Shown: positions 10,997 to 22,927 of the stretch, piece by piece
How positions within the stretch are numbered: position 1 is the first letter of the stretch
Layout: every line of letters begins with the position of its first letter
Origin: Nemertoderma westbladi
Lineage: Eukaryota; Animalia; Xenacoelomorpha
Length of the DNA: 45,931 bases
NCBI GenBank assembly: GCA_032718475.1
Contig: JAUCBJ010007196.1
Coordinates: 1-45,931 of the forward strand
Reading direction: 5' to 3'
Notes under the pieces: generated by a model
Told to the model about the DNA's origin: nothing
Database searches by the model: none
The model's input: the letters and a program-made list of their open reading frames with translations, nothing else
Made by a program: the position numbers and the translations under genes

Positions 10997-13233
10997 TGAT
11001 GAATTATTTCACTATAAGATAGCATTTGTAGTTTAACTTTAACGTAAAAACTTTCGAAAATCCGACGCACTTTGATTAAGTTACAGTAATGTAATATGCC
11101 TATTCATATTTGTATACATAAAACCCCTAGTTACTCTCGTGGCGTAGTGGTCAGATGGTTAAGGCGTTGGTTACATTACAGATAGGTTACGAGTTCGAAT
11201 CCCGGTCGGGAAATTTGTATTTTGGGGCCATTTATTTTCATTTGGTACAGATTGGTAAGCCAATGAGGTGCGTACAACGTATCGAACGATGAGTTGGGCC
11301 AATCATAGGGCATGGAATATCTTATTGCTCCAATGTGAGGCCGTGGAATACTCTAGAAGATTCTAGTGGATTCTATGTCCCAGATTTAGTATATAAAGGG
11401 CTGGTTTGCCTTCGGTTATCACTTCATTGTACTTGCTTAGCTTACTCTTGTAAACCTTGCTGCACTAGTTGCACTAATCATTTTCGTTATACTTTGTTGG
11501 TTTCTTGTTGAAACTATCGTAATTCTGTTTGATAAATCTTTGCTAAACTGTAAATACACTGCAAACTCCTGAACATGTTTTCTTTTGGTCCAACTTTGGG
11601 ACAGCCAAACATCGGGAAGATGGCAGCCTAGACCGTTAGGCCGTCAGCAACGCAGGGAAAGATGTCCACAACACGCTAAGCGCCCACATTAGATTAGACC
11701 GCGCACCCCCTTCGCCCTTCGAAATACTCCACACGCCATGCAGCGCCCGCTTTATGAGGAAGGTAAGACTTTGTTTGACGCCCTTGCCCGCCGTAAGACC
11801 TATAGATCAGGGTAAGTGTGACGTCGTCCTGGGACGCCGCAAATTTAGGATCAAATAACTATATTTTAGGCAGAACCCCCTTTGTCAGTCCTGCAAACCC
11901 CTGGGTTACCTGTATACCTCACAGGTATAGCGAGCTATTGCCGTTCGTCAGTACGCAAGTACATATTAGGTACGGACAGCATACGTTCCATAATTTAGTG
12001 ATTTGTAGTACTGACTGTTTGGTACCGGTTCGCTCTGTAGAGCATACATTAGTACACCCCCCCCCCCCCCCCCCGCCTGAAGTTGGTTATTTGATCAGGC
12101 AAGGAGCATTTCTGCTACCGGCACACCGCTTGGCCTAGGGAGGTTTTTATTAATATCCTACCGCGCCTTGCCACGTATTGATAGGTATTGCTGCTAACTA
12201 CCGCGGCAACAAAGTTCTAGAATCAAATTTGTATACCAGATCAGCTAACGTACGGTAGCGATTAACCCCTATTTCTTATCTTACAACCAGAATCTGGTAT
12301 TTGTGCCGATCACGGGTGTAGTTACTAACACCGTGGTTGCCCAATTGAGTTGTGGATAGGAAGGAGAGAGCTTTGACGTCATTTGTGAGTATAAAGTTCT
12401 ACAAAGCGCGACTAGTTTATTTTAGTAGCTAGCGCACGGTATCATTTCGGTCAGAAAATCACTAAAACCTAGTGAAAAGATATACACCAAAATTGTTTTA
12501 TTGTAACACACCCACACACACACGCCCTAAAACATATTTACCCTTAGAGTTCCTACTAGTTATAGCGTACTTTAGATCACTTTAGGCAAGGTATATTTAT
12601 CGTACTTTCGGTATTTGTAAAATTAGGATCAGATATTTAGTTACGGCATGAGAAGGAGTATTTCATTTTCGTTATTAAACTGTTGTTTTCTGCTCAACAG
12701 TATTCTTACATTAGGCACGACCCCCTTTAGACTGATTAAGGACTGAGATCAGTATTGTTATGCTAGGTCTGTAACCCACTTAGCTCGTATATAAACCATA
12801 TAAATCACACCGCGGCAAGTTACTGGATTTAGGAGTGTCAGCGATAGTTAGGATTCGCTGCGCGGGGATTGTTTTCCCGTGAGTTTGGTCTGTTACTGTA
12901 ACTGTACATCTGCCATACCGGTTAGAGGACAGGTATCCTTTTGTCTAGTACGTAGGCATTAGACCCGCCCACGTACCTAGAATAGACACCAGGCTCTGCT
13001 CCTCGCCAGTAGTAGTTTGTGTATTGTATCTGTTTGTTTAGATATCCTGTACTGGGATTTGTTGTCAGATACTGTACGAGCCCGTTTCATTACTAGAGTC
13101 TCATAGTAAGATACATCGTTACTAGGATCTGGTAAGCGGTATGCTACTGGACTTTACGGATAGAGATATTCTATAGCTTCGTATTAGTAGATTTGTAGGC
13201 TGTAGGGTAGTCCCTACCGTAGAGGACACAACA
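10997..13233 (+). repeat. Putative 3' LTR of E1 (~2.2 kb)
   Basis: Starts TGATG right after PPT-like ATGGAGCGG; CCAAT boxes and TATATAAA near 11391. The proposed end ...CAACA is uncertain because there is no second copy in the window. Confidence 0.5.
11134..11211 (+). ncRNA. tRNA-derived (Pol III A/B-box) sequence inside the E1 LTR; not a functional tRNA
   Basis: GTGGCGTAGTGG...AGATGGTTAAGGCG and GTTCGAATCCCG; no intact anticodon arm. Confidence 0.55.
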
Positions 13234-13532
13234 AATTGAAATAATTTTATACCGAGTAACAACAATCTATGGTCTATTTATAAGATGTGGGTATATTTAT
13301 TGTGTATTTTTTGCATAATGGATGTACTTTCTTTCTATGTGGGATACGGAATAAAGTAATAAATTTATGTTATAGTAGTTACATTATAGGAAGGAAATGG
13401 TAGTAAGAAGAGCCATAACCACCATATGCTATTCAACAAATTCCGAAACTCTGACTTTGAAGGGCTCTGTACTGTATTATTACAAAGGGGAGGTTTTACA
13501 ACCCGCTGTTTAAAACGGGCTTTTTCCCTTGA

Positions 13533-13787
13533 ACTAGAGACGGGCCTAGCGGCCCGTGAAGCAAGTCATAGGAGACAGTACGAGTCAAGTAAACTAAGCA
13601 CTGACCCAAGAAACTTCACTGCAAGCATCAATCATCCCATCATTGATGCTTCCACCTTATGAGGGGAACAAGGGATGGCAGATGGGCTATGCTCACATAG
13701 AGTCTACGATGTAATTATAAGTAATTTTAAACTAGAGACGGGCCTAGCGGCCCGTGAAGCAAGTCGTAGGAGACAGTACGAGTCAAG
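13533..13787 (-). mobile_element. Two copies of a Helitron-like 3' terminus (57-bp direct repeat)
   Basis: 13533-13589 and 13731-13787. On the minus strand the hairpin ACGGGCC-gcta-GGCCCGT is followed by CTCTAG|T. Confidence 0.55.
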
Positions 13788-14102
13788 AAAAAGCTTTTTG
13801 TTCTGTCTGATAATTAATTTAGTGTGAGGTTAGTCCCGGTGGTGTACGAGAAATTTTCTAGACAACCTCAAACTATAATTATTATGTTGTAATCATCTAA
13901 TGAATTATAAAAGCTGTTGTGATTATAGAAGATAGAGAGCAGTTAGAAAAATGATTATTTTATTCTATCGGATAGAGTAGTCAGAGAGGAGTCGAGGTGT
14001 CAATAGATTAATAATAATAACAGCAGTTGTCATGATGAATTCAATACAATCGCGCACAAGAAGTGATTAAACAAATTCTTTCTTATTTTGTAATAAATAA
14101 AA

Positions 14103-17100
14103 CGAGAGAAAGCCGCCCCAATATTAGATTATTACAACAACATATCCATTGGGTAAGAAAGTGGAGGAGAGCCAGCCCGTCTCTTAATTTTTTACTTTAT
14201 ATTACGCGATCAATTTTCACTCATCTCGTCATGAAACCCAACATGTATGTAACCTTTTGTTAAATTTGTTGGCTATGCGTTTGCGGTTGTTTGGGCGGAG
14301 TGTGGTAGGCCTACACTTTTCAAACTTAAATATTTTGGTTGTGAAATGTTACAGGGCATAGCTATCTGAGATATTTCATTTATATTTTATTATGAGAGGA
14401 TGAAGAACATACAACGTTATTTACTATATATGTAACAAAATAATTGTTTTCGGGTTTAACTTGGAAGCCTCCCCAAATAGTTGATATACAATTATATTTA
14501 AAATTATTTCCATGGTCATGGTCATTCACCCGTCTTTAGTTAGAAATTTGTTTGCATGAAAGACAGTTTAGTTTAGTTTTTACTGATTTATTATCTCTTA
14601 TCTGACTGGGGTAATAATAATAAAGGATAGGATAAATGGAAGCAAAGTGTGACAGTAACAATTATTTCCCTGACAACCTAGCATATCTTAAGTATATGAT
14701 ATATCAAAGGGGGAAGTTTGGATTCACTGCATAAGTGCAGTTCACCAAACTTCCCCCGAATGCACACTGTAACTTCCCCCTTCCCACAAATATCCACTGT
14801 TGAATTAATTTGAAGCGATATAATAAGTACAAAATTGTGCGAGTTTTTAATTGTGTGGTCCAATTGTTATTTGATTTCTATTTATTATTTAAAGTGCATT
14901 TAATATCACACTGTTTTTTAGAATATTATACTATACAACCTTATGTTTTATTAATTTACCCAATCGAAGCCTCATAAGGGCCGGTTATTTGTACGCATAT
15001 CCCCTAATGCGCTCAGTAAGGTTCAAACAACATATTAATATGAAAATAAAGTATCTGCAAAGAAAAGAACTATATAATTTGACCTTATTAAAAAATTTTC
15101 ACTTTTGCACACTTATTTGTACAAATGCACTTTAGCAGATCGTAATGGTGGCTCTTATTTAACAAACTTATGTTTATCCTCTACCGATCTACGATGGTGT
15201 ATGATCAAGTGTCAGACGCTAAAAGTGTCAAAAATCCAATTTAATAAATCTGGATTTGCGATTTTGGACCATATTCATGGACAATTTTAAGTCACTTTAT
15301 AGACATAAAAAGTTAAACAAATGTTACGATTATAGTTAGAAATCATTCCAAACTACATTTTAATCCAAAAAATAACATTCTACGATGAATAGAACTGGAA
15401 ATAACAGTGTTTGAAATATCGAAAAAATGTTCACTATTTAAGTGCATTTTGCACTAAGTGCACATGCGTCTTTTCCCAAGTTGTATCCTATTTCACACAC
15501 TACAATCTATCCTCTATCCAATCAAAAAGGTTTCAGATTAAACGGCCCTGTAGAACCGAAGTTATTTATGTTTAAAAATAGTCACTCGAAAATTTCAAAT
15601 TCTCTTGGTCACATAGTCTAGTGGTTATCAATCACGTTAATGAAACCTAAGACCATTCTTAATTTTTTTGCAAAAAATTTTTTTTTTATTTTTTCACTAA
15701 AATCGCTCTAACTTTGGTTCTGGTGGTCCAAATTCAATAAAATTGGTATATTCTTTGCCGTAATTTTTTTCTTAATCTTTTGAGAAGGGGTTATTTTTGG
15801 CCCCAAAAAAATTAAAAAAAAGGGCCAAAATAACGCGATATTTTTCGACCCTTAAAATTCGTAATTTTAATTATATATGTTAAGATAAAAGATAGCGGAG
15901 TTAATTTGATACTTTTTACAGTTACTTTTGGCGCAATACGCTTAATTGTAATGGAATAGCGATTTGTTAAAAAAAAAATTTTTCGTCCCTTTTTATAAAA
16001 ATTATATTTCACACGATCGCCTGCCGCTCCAGTTTTATAATACCTCCGGCGCTGTGATTAACGCTGTTAGATAGATAATTTAACGCACTATAAGTCTGTG
16101 TAAACAAATCTCCCGTAAGTTAAGTAGTTTTCGAGCTAGACGATTTCCCGCGAAGCAAGTTTGAAGCGCGAAATTATAATTTTGGCCCTCATTTTTTTAA
16201 TATCATCCTTGGAGCAAAACCGATAGCATATTTGAATTCCCCGTATGGATATTGACTTTATAGAATGTACCTTAACCAACTAAAGTTAAAAATAAAAAAT
16301 TATTCGATAAAAACTACTTTACAAATTCGGGCCCTTTTTGGCCCCTATTGCCGACATATTTTTTGTACCCCCATTCGATAGGAACGTAGCCCCAATGGTC
16401 TTCTACGAGTTTCATAAAATAATTAGTGGATTCCTACCCGCGTTGTCGAATTAAACATTTCGGAAATAAGTTTTCCAAAAAAGACGGACAAAAACGTACA
16501 AATTTACAGCCCCTTTTTCCACCCGAAATTTTAATAAATATCTTACCCCCATTCGATACGAAGGTAGTACCACTCTTCCCCTTTCCAACCGCGTTACTTT
16601 CGTCCCCGTACGATTAATATTAGCCGAGTTATAGCGGATCCCGCAAAGCCATTTTGTCCGTTTTTTCAACTTTGACGGACATTTTCGGAAAAAAGGCGTG
16701 GTAATCTTTTTTGAAAAAAAAAACGAATTCACTAATTAATCCCTTCTATCGTATCCCGGTGTCGGCTAAGCAATAACCTAGGGTTTTTTCGAGCCACTGT
16801 AGAGCGCTTTTCAAAAAAATTTTAAACTTGTCGAAAAAATGACGGATTTTTGTCCGCCGTGTCCGTCGAAGGGTTAGATTTAATAATGTTAGAGTTGCTA
16901 ATATCTTAGAATTCCGAGCCGCTCCCCTGGTGAAAAAATAAATAAATTTGGTCTGTTCCTTCATCGAAAAGTCCCCCAGAATCCCAAGTTAACCTATATA
17001 GTTAGCGATGGCCTGCGGCTTTAGGAGCGGCCGCGGTATTCACCTCCCTCATAGCGGCCGCGGCGGTGTTGCGTCAAATGGAGAAATATTTATCCCACCG

Positions 17101-20100
17101 AGAGAAAGCCGCCCCAATATTAGATTATTACAACAACATATCCATTGGGTAAGAAAGTGGAGGAGAGCCAGCCCGTCTCTTAATTTTTTACTTTATATTA
17201 CGCGATCAATTTTCACTCATCTCGTCATGAACCCAACATGTATGTAACCTTTTGTTAAATTTGTTGGCTATGCGTTTGCGGTTGTTTGGGCGGAGTGTGG
17301 TAGGCCTACACTTTTCACACTTAAATATTTTGGTTGTGAAATGTTACATGGCATAGCGATCTGAGATATTTCATTTATATTTTATTATGAGAGGAAGAAG
17401 AACATACAACGTTATTTACTATGTAACAAAATAATTGTTTTCGAGTTTAACTTGGAAGCCTCCCCAAATAGTTGATATACAATTATATTTAAAATTATTT
17501 CCATGGTCATGGTCATTCACCCGTCTTTAGTTAGAAATTTGTTTGCATGAAAGACAGTTTAGTTTAGTTTTTACTGATTTATTATCTCTTATCTGACTGG
17601 GGTAATAATAAAGGATAGGATAAATGGAAGCAAAGTGTGACAGTAACAAATATTTCCCCGTCACCCTAGCATGTCTTAAGTATATGATATATCAAAGGGG
17701 GAAGTTTGGATTCACTGCATAAATGCAGTTCACCAAACTTCCCCCGAATGCACACTGTAACTTCCCCCTTCCCCCAAATATCCACTGTTGAATTAATTTG
17801 AAGCGATATAATAAGTACAAAATTGTGCGAGTTTTTAATTGTGGGGTCCAATTGTTATTTGATTTCTATTTATTATTTAAAGTGCATTTAATATCACACT
17901 GGTTTTTAGAATATTATACAATACAACCTTATGTTTTATTAATTTACCCAATCGAAGCCTCATAAGGGCCGGTTATTTGTACGCATATCCCCTAATGCGC
18001 TCAGTAAGGTTCAAACAACATATTAATATGAAAATAAAGTACAGTATCTGCAAAGAAAATAACCCAATACTATATAATTTGACCTTATTAAAAAATTTGC
18101 ACTTTTGCACACTTATTTGTACAAATGCACTTTAGCAGATCGTAATGGTGGCTCTTATTTAACAAACTTATGTTTATCCTCTACCGATCTACGATGGTGT
18201 ATGATCAAGTGTCAGTCGCTAAAAGTGTCAAAAATCCAATTTAATAAATCTGGATTTGCGATTTTGGACCATATTCATGGACATTTTAAGTCACTTTATA
18301 GACATAAAAAGTTAAACAAATGTTACGATTATAGTTAGAAATCATTCCAAACTACATTTTAATCCAAAAAATAACATTCTACGATGAATAGAACTGGAAA
18401 TAATAGTGTTTGAAATATCGAAAAAATGTTCACTATTTAAGTGCATTTTGCACTAAGTGCACATAAGTCTTTTCCCAAGTTTTATCCTATTTCACACACT
18501 ACAATCTATCCTCTATCCAATGAAAAAAGTTTCAAATCAAACGGCCCAGTAGAACCGAAGTTATTTATGTTTAAAAATAGTCACTCGAAAATTTCAAATT
18601 CTCTTGGTCACATAGTCTAGTGGTTATCAATCACGTTAATGAAACCTAAGTTCGCGGGTTCGAAATCCAATATTGACCTGACCATTCTTAATTTTTTTGC
18701 AAAAAAAATTATTTTTATTTTTTTAACTAAAATCGCTCTAACTTCGGTTCTGTTGGTCCAAATTCAATAAAATTGGTATATTCTTTGCCGTAATTTTTTT
18801 CTTAATCTTTTGAGAAGGGGTTATTTTTGGCCCCAAAAAAATTAAAAAAAAGGGCCAAAATAACGCGATATTTTTCAACCCTTAAAATTCGTAATTTTAA
18901 TTATATATGTTAAGATAAAAGATAGCGGAGTTAATTTGATACTTTTTACAGGTACTTTTGGCGCAATACGCTAAATTATAATGGAATAGCGATTTGTTAA
19001 AAAAAAAAATTTTTCGTCCCTTTTTATAAATATTATATTTCACACGATCGCCTGCCGTTCCAGTTTTATAATACCTCCGGCGCTGTGATTAACGCTGTTA
19101 GATAGATAATTTAACGCACTATAAGTCTGTGTAAACAAATCTCCCGTAAGTTAAGTAGTTTTCGAGCTAGACGATTTCCCGCGAAGCAAGTTTGAAGCGC
19201 GAAATTATAATTTTGGCCCTCATTTTTTTAATATCATCCTTGGAGCAAAACCGATAGCATATTTGAATTCCCCGTATGGATATTGACTGTATAGAATGTA
19301 CCTTAACCAACTAAAGTTAAAAATAAATAATTATTCGATAAAAACTACTTTTACAAATTCTGGCCCTTTTTGGCCCCTATTGCCGACATATTTTTTGTAC
19401 CCCCATTCGATAGGAACGTAGCCCCAATGGTCTTCTACGAGTTTCATAAAAGAATTAGTGGATTCCTACCCGCGTTGTCGAATTAAACATTTCGGAAATA
19501 AGTTTTCCAAAAAAGACGGACAAAAACGTACAAATTTACAGCCCCTTTTTCCACCCGAAATTTTAATAAATATCTTACCCCCATTCGATACGAAGGTAGT
19601 ACCACTCTTCCCCTTTCCAACCGCGTTAATTTCGTCCCCGTACGATTAATATTAGCCGAGTTATAGCGGATCCCGCAAAGTCATTTTGTCCGTTTTTTCA
19701 ACTTTGACGGACATTTTCGGAAAAAAGGCGTGGTAATCTTTTTTGAAAAAAAAAACGAATTCACTAATTAATCCCTTCTATCGTATCCCGGCGTCGGCTA
19801 AGCAATAACCTAGGGTTTTTTCGAGCCACTGTAGAGCGCCTTTCAAAAAAATTTTAAAATTGTCGAAAAAATGACGGTTTTTTGTCCGCCGTGTCCGTCG
19901 AAGGGTTAGATTTAATAATGTTAGAGTTGCTAATATCTTAGAATTCCGAGCCGCTCCCCTGGTGAGAAAATAAAAAAATTTGGTCAGTTCCTTCATCGAA
20001 AAGTCCCCCAGAATCCCAAGTTAACCTATATAGTTAGCGATGGCCTGCGGCTTTAGGAGCGGCCGCGGTATTCACCTCCCTCATAGCGGCCGCGGCGGTG

Positions 20101-20131
20101 TTGCGTCAAATGGAGAAATATTTATCCCACC
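14103..20131. repeat. Head-to-tail tandem duplication of a ~3.0-kb non-coding unit (14103-17098; 17099-20131)
   Basis: Both units start cgagagaaagccgcccc and end tatttatcccac; highly similar with small indels. Confidence 0.95.
18606..18678 (+). ncRNA. tRNA-like / SINE-head sequence; the 3' part is deleted in the first tandem copy
   Basis: GGTCA...TGACC terminal stem, A-box TAGTCTAGTGG, B-box GGTTCGAAATCC. Confidence 0.5.
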
Positions 20132-20551
20132 AAGTTGAGATGTTTCAATGTAAACCGCGATTAACAATTTACACTGTTCAATGCAAACCACGATATTAAT
20201 TAAATATTAGATATTAAATATTTTTATATTTCAAACTACTGTTTAATTTTAGCCTTATGGAGAATCATGATGAGGCTGAGTAAACATTCAGCCTTATAAG
20301 CATAAGGCCTCCACATTATTAATGTTGGCACAAAGATTTCAAAATAAAACAATAATTCGGTGAGAGCATGGTACAATACACTGTGTAGCCAACACAACAG
20401 TCATTTAGCTTGCATGCCAATTAATTAACATTGGAAGAGTTATTAAGCTGAGACTGTAATAGCCAGATAAACCAGTTAATGTTTGCTTACTGTCTGGGTT
20501 GTAGAGTAGAGTGATAATACTTGACACAGAAAGTACTTCTTTGTCAGTTGG

Positions 20552-21795
20552 CCCTTCCTATGGAATGTATTACCAGGCCATCAATATACATTTTTCATGA
20601 GTGCCAGCTGATGTTTTTATCATTGCACCTATGGCAATTTTCGTTTTTTGGGGCTATTTTTCGAAATAAAACAAGTTGAGATGTTTCAATTTAAACCGCG
20701 ATTTCACAAGTACCCTTAGAAATCCATTTTCATTGTCCATGCAAAATTTCATCAAAATCGTTAGACGCGTTTTTGCTCTAGGTCAGTAGCCAGTAGTCAG
20801 TAGCCAGTAGTCAGTAGCTTTTTTTTCTTACAGTAATCAAGTTCTAACGACTTGCTAAATAAATCACAATGTGAGCGGATTCAATTCCGCCTCACCAACC
20901 CCCATAAAGTTGGGAAGTGGCGCCTTTAAGCAATATTGGGGAGTACGAGGTTGATTACAATCAACCTCGTATCACCCCCAATAACGGGCACAACATACGG
21001 CCCAAAGAGCCACACAAAGGAGGTTAGGGGTCAAACCTCTTGGGAGAGGGAAAGTAACAGCAGCGGGGGGGGGGGGGGGGGGGGGGAAGCACTCCCACAG
21101 AGGTGGAGGCGTGAAGTGGGATAACAGCCAATGAGAGCAGGGGGGAGAGTATCCACTGGACGAAGGCCGTTGTAGTGTACTAATCATATACATATATATT
21201 GTCCTGCTACCGGTCGGTTGTTCAGTTTACTCAGTCATTATCATTAGTGCAGTTAGGTGACATTTTCGTACCGTCACCGCCGTCACCGCCACTACCGGTA
21301 CAACGTTATTTATCATACTTACATATATATTTCTTGCTACTATATTATATCTTATTCATTAACAATATCAGAACAACAGCAACAACTAACTATCTTTTCA
21401 CAACGAGCGGCGACGCGTATCGAAAACTAACCGGTCGGGATCCCCTGATCCCGTCACAACCTCACACCAACCGTCACACCCTTCCTATTGAATGCATTAC
21501 CAGGCCATCTCTATACATTTTTCATGAGTGCCAGCTGGTGTTTTATCATTGCGCCTATGGCAATTTTCGTGTTTTGGGGCTATTTTTCGAAATAAAACAA
21601 GTTGAGATGTTTCAATTTAAACCGCGATTTCACAAGTACCCTTAGAAATCCATTTTCATTGTCCATGCAAAATTTCATCAAAATCGTTAGATGCGTTTTT
21701 GCTCTAGGTCAGTAGCCAGTAGTCAGTAGCCAGTGGTCAGTAGCTTTTTTTTCTTACAGTAATCAAGTTCTAACGACTTGCTAAATAAATCACAA
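20552..21795. repeat. ~318-bp direct duplication (20552-20869; 21479-21795) flanking a solo LTR; contains a 14-bp GTCAGTAGCCAGTA microrepeat
   Basis: Both copies run cccttcctat...aaatcacaa with a few substitutions. Confidence 0.9.
20870..21478 (+). mobile_element. Solo LTR (LTR-B family)
   Basis: TGTGA...TCACA termini; the first ~110 bp is similar to the start of the E3 LTR (reverse complement of 40441-40541). Confidence 0.7.
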
Positions 21796-22927
21796 CATAT
21801 CAATGAAATAAGAACAGTTTAAAAACAATTACGAAAGTTTCACCTTTTTTGCCTAGTTATCACTATCAGAGATGGTTGAGCTCGGCCGATTGATGGTCAT
21901 TGATAGAGGTTATTCAATCGATATTGTAAATAGAACTTTAGTTTGAAAGTGATATAAAAACTTTGGTAGGGATTTCCAGTCGTGGCTACATTTATTAATT
22001 TAAAATTTATTAATTTTGTCGAAATAAACATACTGAAAATAAAAATCGGCATATGCCCGACAATCTCTGTTATAACCTTGTAAACCTTGAAAAAAATTAT
22101 GTGAAAAAGGACATAAAAAAAGGAAAAAAGGAAACGATCTACAAAAAGGAACAAAATAAACTCTGGGAGGCCTGCCTGTGTAGTGCAAGTTGGAATCCTC
22201 ACGATGGGATCCCGGGACCCTACCCTCAATACGCTAGTGCTCTCGTCTCGTGATTGGGGACTCTTTGTCTGCCTGTCTAACACCACAACACTTTCTATTG
22301 TGTACCCTTCACATGATTGTTATATTTGTGATATTTATGTTCGGGATTTACCTTGATATTTCTCCACCTCTTATTATTCTAATGTTATATCTCCAATGCA
22401 CGCACTTCCCCATGCACAAGAGCGGCGAGCACCAATAGTAGCCGAACTAATGATACATCCATACAAAGCTCCCGTACAACGCTATCTCGAGGAAAATTTT
22501 ATGAGTGTTGTTACGATATATGGCGCTGTGTACTATTATCAGCCCATTATACAGTATAGAATATTTAGATAAGCCGTAATTACATGCAGCCATAGTTGGA
22601 TAGGGAAAATAAAATATCCACATTCGTAGATCTTATCCATTTTGTATAGTATGTATAGCCCTACGTACGTAATTTTGTAATAAAATATAAATAAATAACA
22701 TTTACGGTAGTAAGTTTCCTATAAAACTTGCTGTTATTGGTATTAATCGAAATTAATCGTGTATTTGCCTCAATTTCCATTATAGTTGTCTTTAAATTGG
22801 CCTTATATTAGATTGTGCTTAATGTACTTTAAATATCGCAAAATTAATGACTAGGACGACGCAATTCATTACCATATATGGTAATAATTTGCGATTTGGA
22901 AACCCTGAGGTTCACAATCCGATTTGG

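Larger units (their letters stand above)
1..13233 (+). mobile_element. E1: BEL/Pao LTR retrotransposon, non-autonomous (RT/RNase H deleted), 5' end outside window, interrupted by nested element EN
   Basis: Domain order gag - 3 Zn knuckles - protease - post-RNase H motif - integrase - accessory remnant - PPT - LTR. The 3' boundary is approximate. Confidence 0.8.

Noticed and set aside
11134-11211. Functional tRNA gene
   Set aside because: Duplicated D-arm-like segment and no proper anticodon stem.
12057-12074. Poly-C run (and poly-G near 21065-21086)
   Set aside because: Simple homopolymers of unreliable length; no supportable function.
15106-15463. Possible MITE with imperfect terminal inverted repeats inside the 3-kb unit
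   Set aside because: Arms too degenerate and no target-site duplication identified.
14063-19996. Short ORFs repeated in both tandem units
   Set aside because: They recur only because of the duplication; AT-rich with no domains.
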